Origin: Zootoca vivipara
Lineage: Eukaryota
DNA: 64,000 nucleotides
Direction of reading: 5' to 3'
NCBI RefSeq assembly: GCF_963506605.1
Contig: NC_083276.1
Location: 22,568,001 to 22,632,000 of the forward strand
Shown here: piece by piece, positions 25,869 through 38,025 of the stretch
Numbering within the stretch: the first letter of the stretch is position 1
Layout of the letters: each line of letters opens with the position of its first letter
Made by a program: the position numbers and the translations under genes
Notes under the pieces: model-generated
Told to the model about the DNA's origin: nothing
Seen by the model: only the letters and a program-made list of their open reading frames with translations
The model's database searches: none

Positions 25869-26012
25869 ACCACCACCCTGGCAATCTGACTGGGTCACCC
25901 CAGCCACTCAGGGTAGCTTCCAACATATATAAAAACATAATAAAACATTAACCATTTGAAAACTTCCCCATACAGGGCTGCCTTCAGATATCTTCTAAAG
26001 GTTATATAGTTA
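25833..26012 (-). mobile_element. L2 3' end with (GAT)n tail
   Basis: Antisense L2 3' UTR. Confidence 0.7.
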
Positions 26013-27199
26013 CTGGGTGTTGTTGTTTTTCCATAACTCCATTCTTGCCAACATTGCTACGATGAAAATAGGATGAAAACCGGGACATTCTGGGGTCAAA
26101 TCAGAAACTGGGACAGCTTCTGTAAATCCAGGGTTGTCCCTGGAAAATAGGCACACTTGGAGGGTCTTCAGTGTCCTAGGTCAGGAGGATGCTACATCGG
26201 AGGCACTGTGGGAAATCAAAAGCTGACAACGATCAGTCACCTGGTGCTGATTATAAAAGGGGCTCCCACAACAGGCACCAACAGGGCTATAGCATCTGAT
26301 CAAGGATGCTAGGTGAAGACAAGTAGCAGCCCATGTGGAGCTGCCTTCCCAATCTCAGTGTTGATGTAGTTGGGTGGCACTGGCGGAGGAAGAGGAGTGC
26401 GGGGGGAGCCCCCAGGTTGAACGCCATGTCCCTGTGGGCAGCACACCACGCCCCCAGGATGTGTTCCAGCCCCACCCCCACCTGCTCTCTGCCACCCCCC
26501 CCCCCCGGTGCTGGAGCATGAAGCTCTGCCACTGGCTGGGTGAAGTCTGGGCTGCCTGCATGTTCTTGCAGGACCAATCCAATGCACCTGCTGGTATACC
26601 CACAAGACTCTGACCTTGCTGCCAAGCTGCCCTGCTCTGTTCTGGTACACTGCCTTGGTGTTAGGAAGGCCACTCCTCCCGCCACATGGCCCACTACTAC
26701 TAGTGAAAGCACTTGTCCTTGCTCTGACAGTACTTAAGAGTTAGAAAGGCAGGATGCTTTGGGAAGAAGCAGGAAGTGGGACAAACTAGATGGCAAAATA
26801 TAACAATGGGGTCTGCTGAGGACATGATAGTGTAGAACCGGAAGCAAACAGAAAGTGAGGACAGGAAGAAGAAAGGATCGATGTGGAATGTGCTCAATTA
26901 ACTCATTTTGTAATGTAAAGTAATAACTGGCAAATAAGTGAAAAGAAAAAGGAACCTAGAAACAAACCAAAAAAGGCAAACAAACAAGTTCGGCCTTGTT
27001 TTAAGTGGAGTGACTTTTCCCATTGTAAAATGGCTGAACAAAGCCAGTCATTGTTCACACAGTTTGAAGTGCATTGCCGGGGGGGGGGGGTATGGCTAGA
27101 AACTTTATTTCTGGCACTTGGTGTTATTGATAGTAACAGGAAAAGAGCTTTGCTCTTCATTCAAACAGGACAAGGAATTTGTGATATATCTGACACACA

Positions 27200-27452
27200 C
27201 CTAGTAGTCACAATGGATGGAAATGACTTTAAGAGGATTAGATAAATTCATGGAGGACAAAGCTATCAATGACTACTAGCCATAATGGCTATATTTTACC
27301 TCCATAGTCAAAGTTAGTATGCCTCTGAATATCAGGTGAGCAGTGCTATTGCATTCATGTCCTGCTCCCACAGACATCTGTGGGCCACTGTGATAACAGA
27401 ATGTTGGATTAGATGGGCGATTTGACCTGATCATCAGGCCTCTTCTTATGTA
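27200..27452 (+). mobile_element. CR1 3' end
   Basis: FKR.LDKFMED ORF end followed by a 3' UTR ending cttcttatgt. Confidence 0.65.
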
Positions 27453-27506
27453 TTGATTTTGGCAACCATCTTGGATTTTAACATTACTCTATTCTCAGCA
27501 TTCTAG

Positions 27507-27908
27507 TATTGCAGAAGACTGGTTTAGACACTGAAATATACTCAGAGTCGAGAGTGAATTTCATGCTCATAGTCATCAAGGAGAAGAAGAGAAGAATGGC
27601 TCTTTCCCCAAAACCATCTGCTTATATACATTATTTACACAATGGGTCTTGCGTGATTGGCTACTTCAGGGCTACAACTATGGGCCAATCAGGTTGTGGA
27701 TTGACTTCTGCCTGCAGCCTGATTGGCTGCTCCTACAGGCCAATCAGGTTGCAGATTCGCTTCTGCCAGCCTCCTGATTGGCTGCTCCTGCAGGCCAATC
27801 AGGTTGCGGATTCACTTCCACCTGGAGTTGGATTGGGTAGCTCCTGTGGACCAATCAGACTGCTGATTCTGAATCCTATTGTTCTAGGATTCAGCTCAGT
27901 ACATAACA
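27507..27908 (-). mobile_element. Probable solo LTR with CCAAT tandem array
   Basis: The - strand starts TGTTATGT and has four 55-65 bp units with paired ATTGG/CCAAT, then TATATAA at about 27622-27628. No clear TSD. Confidence 0.55.
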
Positions 27909-28386
27909 GACACCATCAAACTATGTTCATTTAACAACTAACACAGTTGATCTTATAACATATTTAGTGTAGAGTATGTGTGGTAGCAAAAAAAGAACAA
28001 AAGAAAACTCTCAATTGTCTATGATTTGTGAGTAATTTGTGAGTTTGGTGTCACCACACCAAAAAATGGGCAAAGTCTCATTTTGGTTATCCATCTTCTT
28101 CAATCAAAATGGCACCTGGCACTCAAACATCAACAAAGAGCATAGCTCCTACCTTGGGCACTCTCATTCTGAGTTTGGCAATGATATATCAAAAGGCGGC
28201 CAAACCTATGGTAAAATAAACGTGAAGTCATACCAAAGTCACGTTTTGGTTTGCCATTTTGATTCAAAACGGCATCCGGCATTGAAATGCCAACGCCAGT
28301 TGCCATTCTCAATTTGGGAACCCTCATGCGGAGTTTGGCAATGATGTATTAAGAGGTGGCTGAACCTACACATAACAGATGGACAA

Positions 28387-28412
<26 letters not shown>
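28387..28412. repeat. (CA)n microsatellite upstream of NRDE2
   Basis: Read directly from the sequence. Confidence 0.95.
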
Positions 28413-28417
<5 letters not shown>

Positions 28418-28559
28418 CACTTTCCAAAACATATACCTTATCACAGATATTTGGTAAGGTGGGGTGGAATTGGGAGGAGTGAAATCAAAGGAAAATAAAG
28501 ATGCATGGAGAAGAGACAGCGACAATAATAACTGCAGCAACACAATTGCAGCGACCAGG

Positions 28560-29010
28560 AACAAAGCGGTGTTTACTGAGACTGCAGCCATCTTAACCCT
28601 TGGCATTCGCCCACATTATAACCACTATGGCCTCTTCGCCTTAGCATCTTGTAGCCGGCGACATTTTGGAGCTGAAGCCGGGCGAAACTACATTTCCCGG
28701 CATGCTCGGGTAAGTCGCTGCCGCTGCCGCCATCTTGTTTCGGCCCACGCGATTTCTTCCGTGGGAACGGCATCCGGGAAGCGCCACCGGTGTTTCCGTG
28801 AGCAGGGACGGGATGGCTCTTTTTCCGGCTTTCGCGGGCGCTGCTAAACCCGGAGAGGCGCCAGCGGGCGAGACCGAGTGCTCCAAGAGAGGTAAATGGA
28901 CTCTTCCTCTCTCCCCCCCTTCGTCTGCCCTGATGGGCTCGTCCTGTTCCTGGAAGTCCCTCGCCCTTCAAAGCGGGTCCCTCCTTTACCTCCGCGCGCC
29001 GAGACCTAAA
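28560..29010 (+). promoter_or_regulatory. NRDE2 CpG-island promoter with ZNF143/THAP11-type and YY1 motifs
   Basis: CpG-dense. ACTACATTTCCCGGCATGC at 28687-28705, GCCGCCATCTTG at 28726-28737, and a second YY1-like GCAGCCATCTT at 28584-28594. Confidence 0.8.
28813..28891 (+). CDS. NRDE2: NRDE2 coding exon 1 (MALFPAFAG...)
   Basis: ATG 28813 in a CpG island. The N-terminus MALFPAFAG matches vertebrate NRDE2. Donor AG|GTAAAT, phase 1. Confidence 0.95.
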
Positions 29011-30290
29011 GTGGTTTCTGCAGGGATATCCTGCCCCTTCACCTCTGAAAAGTATGGGATCCTTGCATTTTGCGTATGCGCACACACAAAATAGGTTCAT
29101 TCCCCGTACAGGCATTTGCACATTTCCCTTAGTTTTGAGCAAAAGGGCGGGATGGACGGGTGGCTTGTAAAACGTGGGCAGCGGGGAACTACCGGTACCT
29201 CTAATCATCGCACTCTTTCCAAGCATCTCCTTTTTTCCCGTCTTCTCTGTGCTGATTTCTTGTGCTCGGAGCCTTGTTGGAGAAGTCCAGCAACATACTT
29301 CAGGACAGAACTGGGCCACAGGTTCTGTTGGTTTGTGCGGGATTTGCTTCTAATGAAGTTGGCTTAGATTGCTGTCCAGCTCTTATTCTTTTGACTGGTC
29401 TTCTGAGTCTCAAACTTTCTGGCCAAGTAACATGATAGGGAACTGTAGATAACATAGCTGATTAAAATGGACGACATGCGTTAACACCCCTTCTCCATGA
29501 CAGCCATACACCTCGGTCTGCTTACATGCATTTGATAGCCTGAACTGTCATGCAACTAATTGTTAAGAGGATTCATTCTCTCTGAGAGTTCCTAATATGG
29601 TGTAAAGGAGGAGATGGCCTTTTTAAAGGCATGTTGTGCTCAAGCAGTTTGAAATAATCCTGCTAAAATTTAGAAACTGGCAGAGAACTATGGGATCCAC
29701 ATTTGTATGAGATGCATGTGCTTGAGGTAACATTTTAGGGATGTCACACTATTAAAAATATTTAAGTTTCTAGCCCTCATGGTGGATCGTCCTAGCTGTG
29801 AGTCCTGAAAGACCAGCTCCCTGCCTGTCAGGTGGGGCCCTATCTGACTCCAGTTACAAAAGCTGAGGCTGCTAAACAGACTTCTGTATTGTTTAGGGGT
29901 TTGTGGGAGGCGGGGGGGGGGGGAAGGGGGTTGTTGCTATTATTGGTAAATTTTTTGTATACTGTATTTATTTTAGATCCTAAAATTTGGTTGTGTACTT
30001 TTTGATGTTTCATTGTTTATGACTACTTTTGCTAAGTTTGCAATTATGTAATTTTTAAATGTTCTAAGCCACCTTGAGTATGGTTTTAATTATGGAAAGG
30101 CAGCATACAAATAAAATTATGTACGTACTCAGCGCCTGGCAGCCTATGCTGAAGCGAATAATCATGTACAACAGTTAAAATACAATAAGAACAAGTGAGG
30201 ATATTACTCATAGCACTAGTGCCTGAGTGTTGAGGTACACTTATAGAGTCTTACTGTCTGATCACAGATCTGGAGGCAAGAATGGAACTA

Positions 30291-30532
30291 CAGTGGTACC
30301 TCTGGTTAAAAACTTAATTCGTTCCGGAGGTCTGTTCTTAACCTGAAACTGTTCTTAACCTGAGATACCACTTTAGCTAATGGGGCCTCCGGCTGTCACT
30401 GAGCCACCGCCGTGCGATTTCTGTTCTCATCCTGAAGTAAAGTACTTAACCCGAGGTACTACTTCTGGGTTAGCAGAGTCTGTAACCTGAAGCGTTTGTA
30501 ACCCGAAGCGTTTGTAACCCAAGGTACCACTG
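30291..30532. mobile_element. Tc1/mariner-type MITE
   Basis: TIR CAGTGGTACCT with TA duplication. Confidence 0.85.
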
Positions 30533-30785
30533 TACCCTAATTTGGTGCCTCCGGTACCTACCCCACTGAGTTGGTCTAAGAGGATAGTGTGGTTGGTAAA
30601 TGGTATCAAAAGCCCCTGAGAGATTCATCAAAAGTAGCATGATCACACTCCCCATGTCTCTTACAATAGAGGTCATCCATTAAGGCAACCAAACTGATTT
30701 AGTTCTGAACCCAGATTGTTGTGGATCTAGATAATCAGTCACAACTGATTATCATCTAGATAATTCCCCATATTGGGGGTTGAGT
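30533..30785 (-). mobile_element. Old L2 RT fragment
   Basis: DYLDPQQSGFR and NLSGAFDTI motifs, with frameshifts. Confidence 0.65.
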
Positions 30786-33518
30786 GATGGGGTTATGGCG
30801 GGGTGCCCACTACCCTCTTAATACTTTATGCCCTCACGTGTTACTTGAATTCTTGAACAGGATTACTATCTGTCTGATGTCTGGTTTCTCTAAACCCTCT
30901 CAGTTGCTATCAAAACGCTCCAAGTACATAGTTTCCTGTCAGGCATTTTTTGTGGGTGGGTTAAAAATGTAATTTTCTTTTAAATTCACAAAAATTCGTA
31001 CTTATGCATCTCTAGAGTGCTCCCCAAGACTTTTAGCTTTCAAGCAATAAGGTACCTCCGAAGTTGCTTTTTAAAGGAACGATACTTTTACATCTCTGCG
31101 TTGTGAACTATTTGGATTAAAACCATACAGTTTCTTTTCTGAAGCTCAACAGAGTTTGAGCCTGACCTACACCTGAATAGATAGCGTAATTTGGAAATCC
31201 CAAGTAGTGTTTAGAGTCTTAGAAGAAGAAAGGAGCACAAATATTAGCTAAAGAAAGAATGGCTCTGGAAATAAAATTTTGTATCCAAAGAAACGGAGCT
31301 CAGCAACACTTCCAAGCATCTGGTTGACCACTGTGAGAACAGGATACTACCAGCAGGATTCTTCCTATGTTGTCAAATGTTGTGATCCCATCAAAATTCA
31401 TTCAGATTATCACAAAATGGGCAACTAGCTCCTGCAGCAAATGGTATTGAGTGCTCTTTCTTTTGGGGGACTTTACTGAGTCTGCATTCCCCTCATAATT
31501 TTTGGGCCATAATGTTGCCAGTTACCCTGTTTTCAAATAAAAGCTACAATGGATACTATTGGTTTCATATATTTTCTTCTCAATTCATTTTCACATTCAC
31601 TGCATCATTCTTCCCGGTGTCTTTCAGGCAGGTGACTTCCTTGAGGCCACATAGTAGGTGGTGTTGGCTTTCAAAATTGTTTTCACTAGACCCTGATTAT
31701 CCCCGCACGAAATTTGTCTAAGCCGCTGTAATCATTTTAGAAAACAGATGGCGCTGACTGCTGCTGTCAGCTGAAGATCTCTTTTTGTGAAAACTGATTT
31801 AATTCTTGAGTCCTCATTTGATTCTACAAAGTTATACAATTTGCTCCGCAGACAAATTAAGGAGCTTTTTTACACAGCCAGTTATTTAGGAGTAATGACC
31901 CATGAACTCACTTTAGCTTCTGATTTGTTTACATTATGAGTTGTCAGCTGGCGGCATTAGCAGTGGGAATGGTTGGCATTCTTGAAATGCAGCATTCCCA
32001 TCATGCTACAAAATATATTCCAGATTCAATTCTGTAAGTTGCCCACAAATAACTTGGAAATCCATTCCCAGAAGCTGCTCGCTGTGTGGTACAATGGTGG
32101 CATAGTGCAAGTGCATGGCCAGGACTGCTGGATTGGCTCTGCTGGTGTGTTTGCTCCGCACTGACGTCCCTGCTGCCTTGCCTCTCTCCCTCCCAGTAAG
32201 CAACAGTGACCGTCCTGCCTGGAAGTTAGCATAGCAGCTCCAGCCTACCTGTCTGATCCTAAACCATTATTCCAGCCTTAAAGGTGGAATAATGCTGCCA
32301 GATTAAGGCTGCCAGATGAGATCCAAATGCCTAGGCAACTGTGCAATACAGAGATTGGAAACCTCAGGCCTGGGGGGATGAATATGGTTCTCCAGATATC
32401 TCTGTGTAGCCCCCAAGACTCTCCGTAGGCCTCATCACTCACCAGCCCCGTTTTGTACCCTCCTTGAGGGCTGGAATGTACCCTTGACCTCTGGTAATGC
32501 CTCTTGCTTGCCTATAGGAGGGTAGATAGGGATGTATGTGTGTGTGTAGAAATTAACCTACTGTTCAAAGGTAAATTTTACATTAATTGCTCCACCCGCT
32601 GGGCCTCCCCATCAGTAGAATATGGTTCTCATAAGAGAATGCAGATCCCGGGCAGAAAAAGTTCCCTACCCCAGATTTGATGTTCTGTACTAGAAAGGCC
32701 AAATGTCTTTCTCAGTTTTGAATAGATAAATGTGATACTGTTTCCCCCTTATAATTCTACATGAACCAGCTGGACAAACTGTTGGCCCTTGCTGTGGCTC
32801 AAGCTAGCTTTCCATAGAAAACGTGACAGTCTACTTCACCTCTGAAATGCAGCTCCCACACTATTATTCTTCCTACTGTGAAGGACAAAAGAAAAATTAC
32901 CAGAATGTTCCTGGTGATAATGCAAACATCATCTCTTAAACCTTCATAGGGCTTCTCAACGAGATGAGCAGATATTAAATCTTATCCAGTTGTAATTTAT
33001 AGGACTTCATGCTAAGTGCTGCGCAAAGATATATGGAAATAAATTCTTGGGGGATTTTTATGTCTTGGACAACTGATGGGGAAAGAGGAGGAATGGATTT
33101 AATTTAAAAAGCCAAAGTGATAACCATGAAATATGTGACTCATTTCAAATATTTTCTCCTGACCCACTGTGCAATGGCATTATAGCCAATTGCCTGTATA
33201 ATGAAAAATAATTTAGTTCTCTTAAAAGTAGATGAGCATGGCTTACAGGCAAGCTAAGCCACGTTTAAGCCCTCATAGTTTCAGTGGATCTTTCTTTCAT
33301 GTAGATATTTACATTGATAGTTGACTTATACCAAGTCGGATCATTGTAGCTTAGTATTGGCTACACTAATTGGCAATAGCTCTTCAGGGTTCCAGACACT
33401 ACCCAGAGATGCTAGCGATCAAGCCTAGGACCTTCTGTGTACTCTGCCATTGAGTTGGAGGCTGCTCTCCAACTAGAGCCTACAAACATTAAAGGTGGAA
33501 CTGGGGGTTCCTCTAGAC

Positions 33519-33645
33519 CAGCCTTTCTCAACCTTGGGTCCCCAGATGTTGCTGGACCACAACTCCCATCATCCCTAGCTCACAGGACCAGCGGTCAGGG
33601 ATGATGGGAGTTGTAGTCCAGCAACATCTGGGGAGCCAAGGCTGC
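33519..33645. mobile_element. Palindromic hAT/Charlie-like MITE (relatives near 1650-1770, 20210-20400, 25305-25410, 37045-37175, 48865-48960, 54480-54590)
   Basis: Internal hairpin caactcccatcatccct...agggatgatgggagttgtagt. TCTAGA-like target. Confidence 0.7.
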
Positions 33646-33724
33646 TCCAGGCACAGGCTTGCAACCCAACATCTCCTTCTCCCCCGTTAGTTCCAGAAGC
33701 ATCTAATGTGATGCTGTCATATCG

Positions 33725-33848
33725 TAGGGTTGCCAGAAAAGTTGTTGAGCCGACATGGGCTGCCATACATATGGACATTTTTCTGATGTCCACCTGAACA
33801 CTGCTAGAGTGGATATGTCTGGGAAATCCCAGATGTATGGCAACCCTA
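33725..33848. mobile_element. hAT (Tip100-like) MITE
   Basis: TIR TAGGGTTGCCA. 8-bp TSD TCATATCG/TCATATTG. Confidence 0.85.
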
Positions 33849-34432
33849 TCATATTGTATGCTTTTCTGCCCTTCCACCTTATTGGCTGTCGGGTGGGAAA
33901 GCACAAATTTGAAGACATCAGACATCATGTTTTTTGTTTCAGGAGTATTACAGGGAAAAGAAGGTTATTGGGACATGCCATGTGGAATTCCATCTAGTTC
34001 CCACTGTTATTTGTGCAGGTGGCAACCATTTGGCATGGACGTTCTGTTCCTGGCCCCCCCACATGTTGGTTGAGCATACATACACCCACCCCTGTTCCAC
34101 CCGCTCCTGTTCTGCCCTCTTCCGGGTCCAAAAAGACCCGTGTATTGGCGGTCGTGTGTCAATCGGCCACGTTCACAATGTTTGCCACCAGTCTAGGGTT
34201 GTCAAAGTGTTTTTTAGCACCATTCTTACAAATCCATTTTTATTATCAGGTGGAAGGCATTTACATTGGGATATTACACAATATGTGAAAGCCATGTCTT
34301 TACTTTATTAAACTTTCAAGGACCGTAATTGATGATGATTATTTATTTCCACATCGCGTCTGTTGTAAGCTGTATTGTCTGCTGACAAGGTAAACCCCCA
34401 GCTTAAAAAAACAACACAGTGAGGACTTTTCT

Positions 34433-35057
34433 GGCCTTTAAAGCCCTAAACGGCCTCAGTCCAGTATACTTGAAGGAGCGTCTCCACCCCCATCATTCTG
34501 CCCGGACACTGAGGTCCAGTGCTGAGGGCCTTCTGGCGGTTTCCTCGCTGTGAGAAGCCAAGTTACAGGGAACCAGGCAGAGGGCCTTCTCGGTAGTGGC
34601 ACCCGCCCTGTGGAACACCCTCCCACCAGATGTCAAAGAGAAAAACAACTACAGTGGTGCCTCTACTTACGAATAATTCTACTTACGAATGTTTCTACAG
34701 TACTTACGATTGGAGCTCCATCCGCCATCTTGGATGCGGTTTAGATACGATTTTTTCTACTTACGAATGTTTAGATAGGGTTGCTTCTACTTACGAATTT
34801 TTTCTCCCAACGCATTCCTATGGGATTCGACTTACAATTTTTTTCAACTTACGAATGTGCATTCGGAACGCATTAAAGTTGTAAGTAGAGGTACCACTGT
34901 ACCAGACTTTTAGAAGACATCTGAAGGCAACCCTCTTGAGGGAAGCTTTTAATGTTTAATATATTGTTGTATTTTCATATCCTTCTGGAAGCCGCCCAGA
35001 GTGGCTGGGGAGCCCCAGCAAGATGGGCGGGGTATAAATAAAAAAATATTATTACAT

Positions 35058-35090
<33 letters not shown>
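34433..35090 (+). mobile_element. L2 3' fragment interrupted by a mariner MITE
   Basis: Near-identical to 7437-7790 and ends in (ATT)n. Confidence 0.88.
34652..34899. mobile_element. Tc1/mariner-type MITE nested in L2
   Basis: TIR CAGTGGT.CCTCTACTTAC with TA duplication. The empty site aacaactaccagac is intact in the L2 copy at about 7645. Confidence 0.9.
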
Positions 35091-35091
<1 letters not shown>

Positions 35092-35124
35092 CTTGAAAAA
35101 TTGACCTGTCTTTTGTATCTGCAG

Positions 35125-35233
35125 AATTGAACTGGCTAACCAACCCGAGCTTCTGCAGTGAAGATGCTCTGAGACTACACCAGCATGCTTTAAAGGCCAC
35201 AGACCTTGCCTCGGACGAATCCCTGCTCCAAAG
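35125..35233 (+). CDS. NRDE2: NRDE2 coding exon 2 (ELNWLTNPSFC...)
   Basis: Acceptor ctgcag|, donor |gtagtg. Matches the human ELDWLSNPSFC motif. Phase 1 to 2. Confidence 0.93.
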
Positions 35234-35672
35234 GTAGTGTGTTCTTTGGGACCTTGCCTCCCCACAATACAGTTACTATTTTTGATTTCATTTAATTGCA
35301 AGAACAACATATAACTAAGGTAACTTGTCCAGTGGTACATTCTTATTTAGTCTCGCATGCAGTACATAGTACACAAGCAATATGATTATTTATATATTTA
35401 TCAAATCCAAGTAGCCTCTCGCCAGAGATTCTTGTTTTGAGGGTGAAATAAAAGTATCTCCCTTCCCATTTATACAGGAAAAGAAAGGAAGCCAAGTCTC
35501 ACCCAAAGTGTCCATCTTTGAAGGGCCTGTAATTACCTTTCTGTGGCGAGTAAAGTGTTCTGATAAAGCCATGTTCCAAATATTGTTTTACCCAACTCAA
35601 ATGGGGATTTCTGTAGATTGTTTTGAATACCAGGCTGCCGATAACAGGAAAAAATGCTAAAGAATAATAATA

Positions 35673-35674
<2 letters not shown>

Positions 35675-35703
<29 letters not shown>

Positions 35704-35845
35704 TGTATGTATAAATAAATAAATAAAACCCCGCCCATCTGGCTGGGTTTCACCAGCCACTCTGGGCGGCTTCCAATTTTAAATCCAAGATTAAAAATAC
35801 ATCAAAACATCAGTCATTAAAAACTTCTGTAAAGAGGGCTGCCTA
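35675..35845 (-). mobile_element. L2 3' end
   Basis: Reverse complement of the L2 3' UTR (cccgcccatctggctgggttt...), with a (TATG)n tail. Confidence 0.8.
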
Positions 35846-36770
35846 TCTTTGCATTTTAAGGTTCTTGTTTGAATTTGGGTCTAATGATAATAAGGTGTGT
35901 GTGGGGGGGTGCTGCTCAGGTGTTCCCCTCTCAGCTGTTTTTCTGCTGAAAATAACCTCCCAGCTACTTAACTCCCCTGTATCTTTTCCCTGTGGATGAG
36001 GATGTTGTTGTTGTTGGGTGGGAAAAAAGGCTGGCATAGGTGAGCAAGGAGCCCCTACCGAGCAACATCCTCTGCTCTGTTTTCATATTATTATTATTTT
36101 TTGGGGAGAATTTTAGGAGGAATAAGGCAAGTCCTGTACAGCCTGAGTTCAGATTACCTTAAGGACTGCTTTCTCCTGCACACACTTGTCTGGTTTTTAA
36201 GATCCTCCTCACATTCATTTCCTTCATGGGTTCCCATTCACCTGCTGATGTCTCAGCTCATCACATGGAATCCCTTTCCCAAGGAGGCTCACCGGGCTAT
36301 GAGCCTGACATTTTTTTTGCGCCTTATTTTCCCAGGCTTTTAAAGGTATGGAATTCCATATTGCTTTAATCTAGCCTTTTTAGTTTGCCTTTATAAACTC
36401 ATGCTGATGTTTTATATCGTTTTTATATTTTTAAAATCTTTTGTTAGCTGTTCTGAAATGTTGTAGCTGAAGAGCACTCTATGAATAAATAAATGAAGCT
36501 GCCCATTCTGTAGCTTTTGCCCTTCAACAACACACTAGCTACAAAGGGTGACTTTTTAAATGCCCTGGAATAAATTAACCTTTTGATTAATATCTCTTTA
36601 GTATTTTAAGTTTATGCATGTATTTCATACATATTTTTTTTAATTAAAAAAGAAGTTTTTCTAGCATTCCCTGCCAGCACTTTATGTTTTTGCATAGTTT
36701 GAAGTATTGGATTGTGAATATTATCAACAGTGCGGCTTTTGTTCTTAGATTTTGTACATTTTATAAACAG

Positions 36771-36977
36771 AACAACCTCCAGCTTAGAGACATTGCGAGA
36801 AAGTGAAGTCAGCGAAAGTGTCCAAAAGCCAGCTAAGAAAAGAAAGAAAAAGAAAAAACAGCGAGACCACAAGAAAGTAAAAAAGAGAAGTAGAAAGCAT
36901 CAGGGAACAAGTGAATCGGAATCAGATGCTGATGATGTGAAAGACAATAGAAATAATGAAAAAGAAGCAGAACTGAA
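36771..36977 (+). CDS. NRDE2: NRDE2 coding exon 3 (Lys-rich, NLS-like KKRKKKKKQR)
   Basis: Acceptor aaacag|. Donor |gtacgt at 36978 keeps frame with exon 4, whereas the alternative gtaagt donor 4 nt downstream does not. Confidence 0.85.
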
Positions 36978-37878
36978 GTACGTAAGTACCATTTATTTCT
37001 GAATTTATATGTGCTGTGATCACCTCTTTGTTCCATATACCAGGGAAGGGAATGGGGAACCTGTGCTCCCCCCAATTGTTGGAGTCTCATAACCCCCCCC
37101 CCACCAGCATGTTAATTGGTCAGGTATGATAAGAACTGTAATCCAGGAACACCTGCAAGTTCAAAGGTTCCCCATCTTCAATATATGCTAACACCAAACT
37201 CATTTCGTTGGTTGAGAATGACAACCCCTGCTTTAGGAAGCCTGTGGTTTATAAACCAGATGTTTAGAAAGGTGGTGCGAGTTTTAATTTGTTTTTAGTC
37301 CGTTGTTTTAACTTTCTGAAGGAATTAAATCATTGTTGTTCTTGGTTCTAATTTTATTGTTTTATCTTGCTGTAAACCACTTTGCGGTTTTTTTGTTTTT
37401 AAAAAACTGTCAAGCAGCGTATACTTTTTATGAAATAATAAACTGACTGTGGAATACTCTCGCTAAGGAGACTCACCTTGTGCTGACACAGGAAGTTTTT
37501 CAGCGCCAGGTGAACGCCTTCCTGTTTGCCCAGGCATATTAAAATATAAAATTTTAATTTAAAAAATTTAATTTAAAAATTTAAAAATATAAAATTTTAA
37601 GGAAAGTTAGCTCTGCCCCCAGCCCAATAGTGCAATGCTCCAAAAGAAAAAAATTAAGAAGGCAAAGTTGTATGTCCATTTGAAAATTAGGGAGAAATGG
37701 TTAAGCCCCGTTGCAGCTTAACCACCATCCATGATTCCCGAAATTGGCTTTGGGACTGTAAATGAAAACTAAATTTTTCATTCATAGCGGCATGCTGGCT
37801 TTCCTGGGATGTTTGGGAATATATTATGGAAACTAGAAATCTTAAATCTTTCTCCCCCCCCTTTTTCCCCCTTTGTAG

Positions 37879-38025
37879 TTTAGGAGAAAAAGCTTCAAAT
37901 GTGAGCATTCACTCCATCTGGCTGGATGATGTTCAGGGTGTGACAGCAGAAGTATTCAGAACAGATAAGAAACCAGATCCTGCCAACTGGCAGTATAAGT
38001 CTCTGTATCGAGGGAACATTGCAAG
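37879..38025 (+). CDS. NRDE2: NRDE2 coding exon 4 (FRTDKKPDPANWQYKSLYRGNIAR)
   Basis: Near-identical to the conserved human peptide. Boundaries ttgtag| and |gtaatg. Confidence 0.95.

Noticed and set aside
27655-27860. Tandem units as a CRISPR-like array
   Set aside because: Eukaryotic DNA; the units are whole-length tandem repeats with no unique spacers and no cas genes.
28702-28716. ATGCTCGG|GTAAGT as an alternative NRDE2 first exon
   Set aside because: The phase 2 donor does not fit the phase 1 acceptor of exon 2, and it overlaps a promoter motif.
28349-28886. Minus-strand MAAAAA/MAAVSV starts as a head-to-head gene
   Set aside because: AAGATGGC is the YY1 motif, the frames close quickly, and no downstream exons were found.
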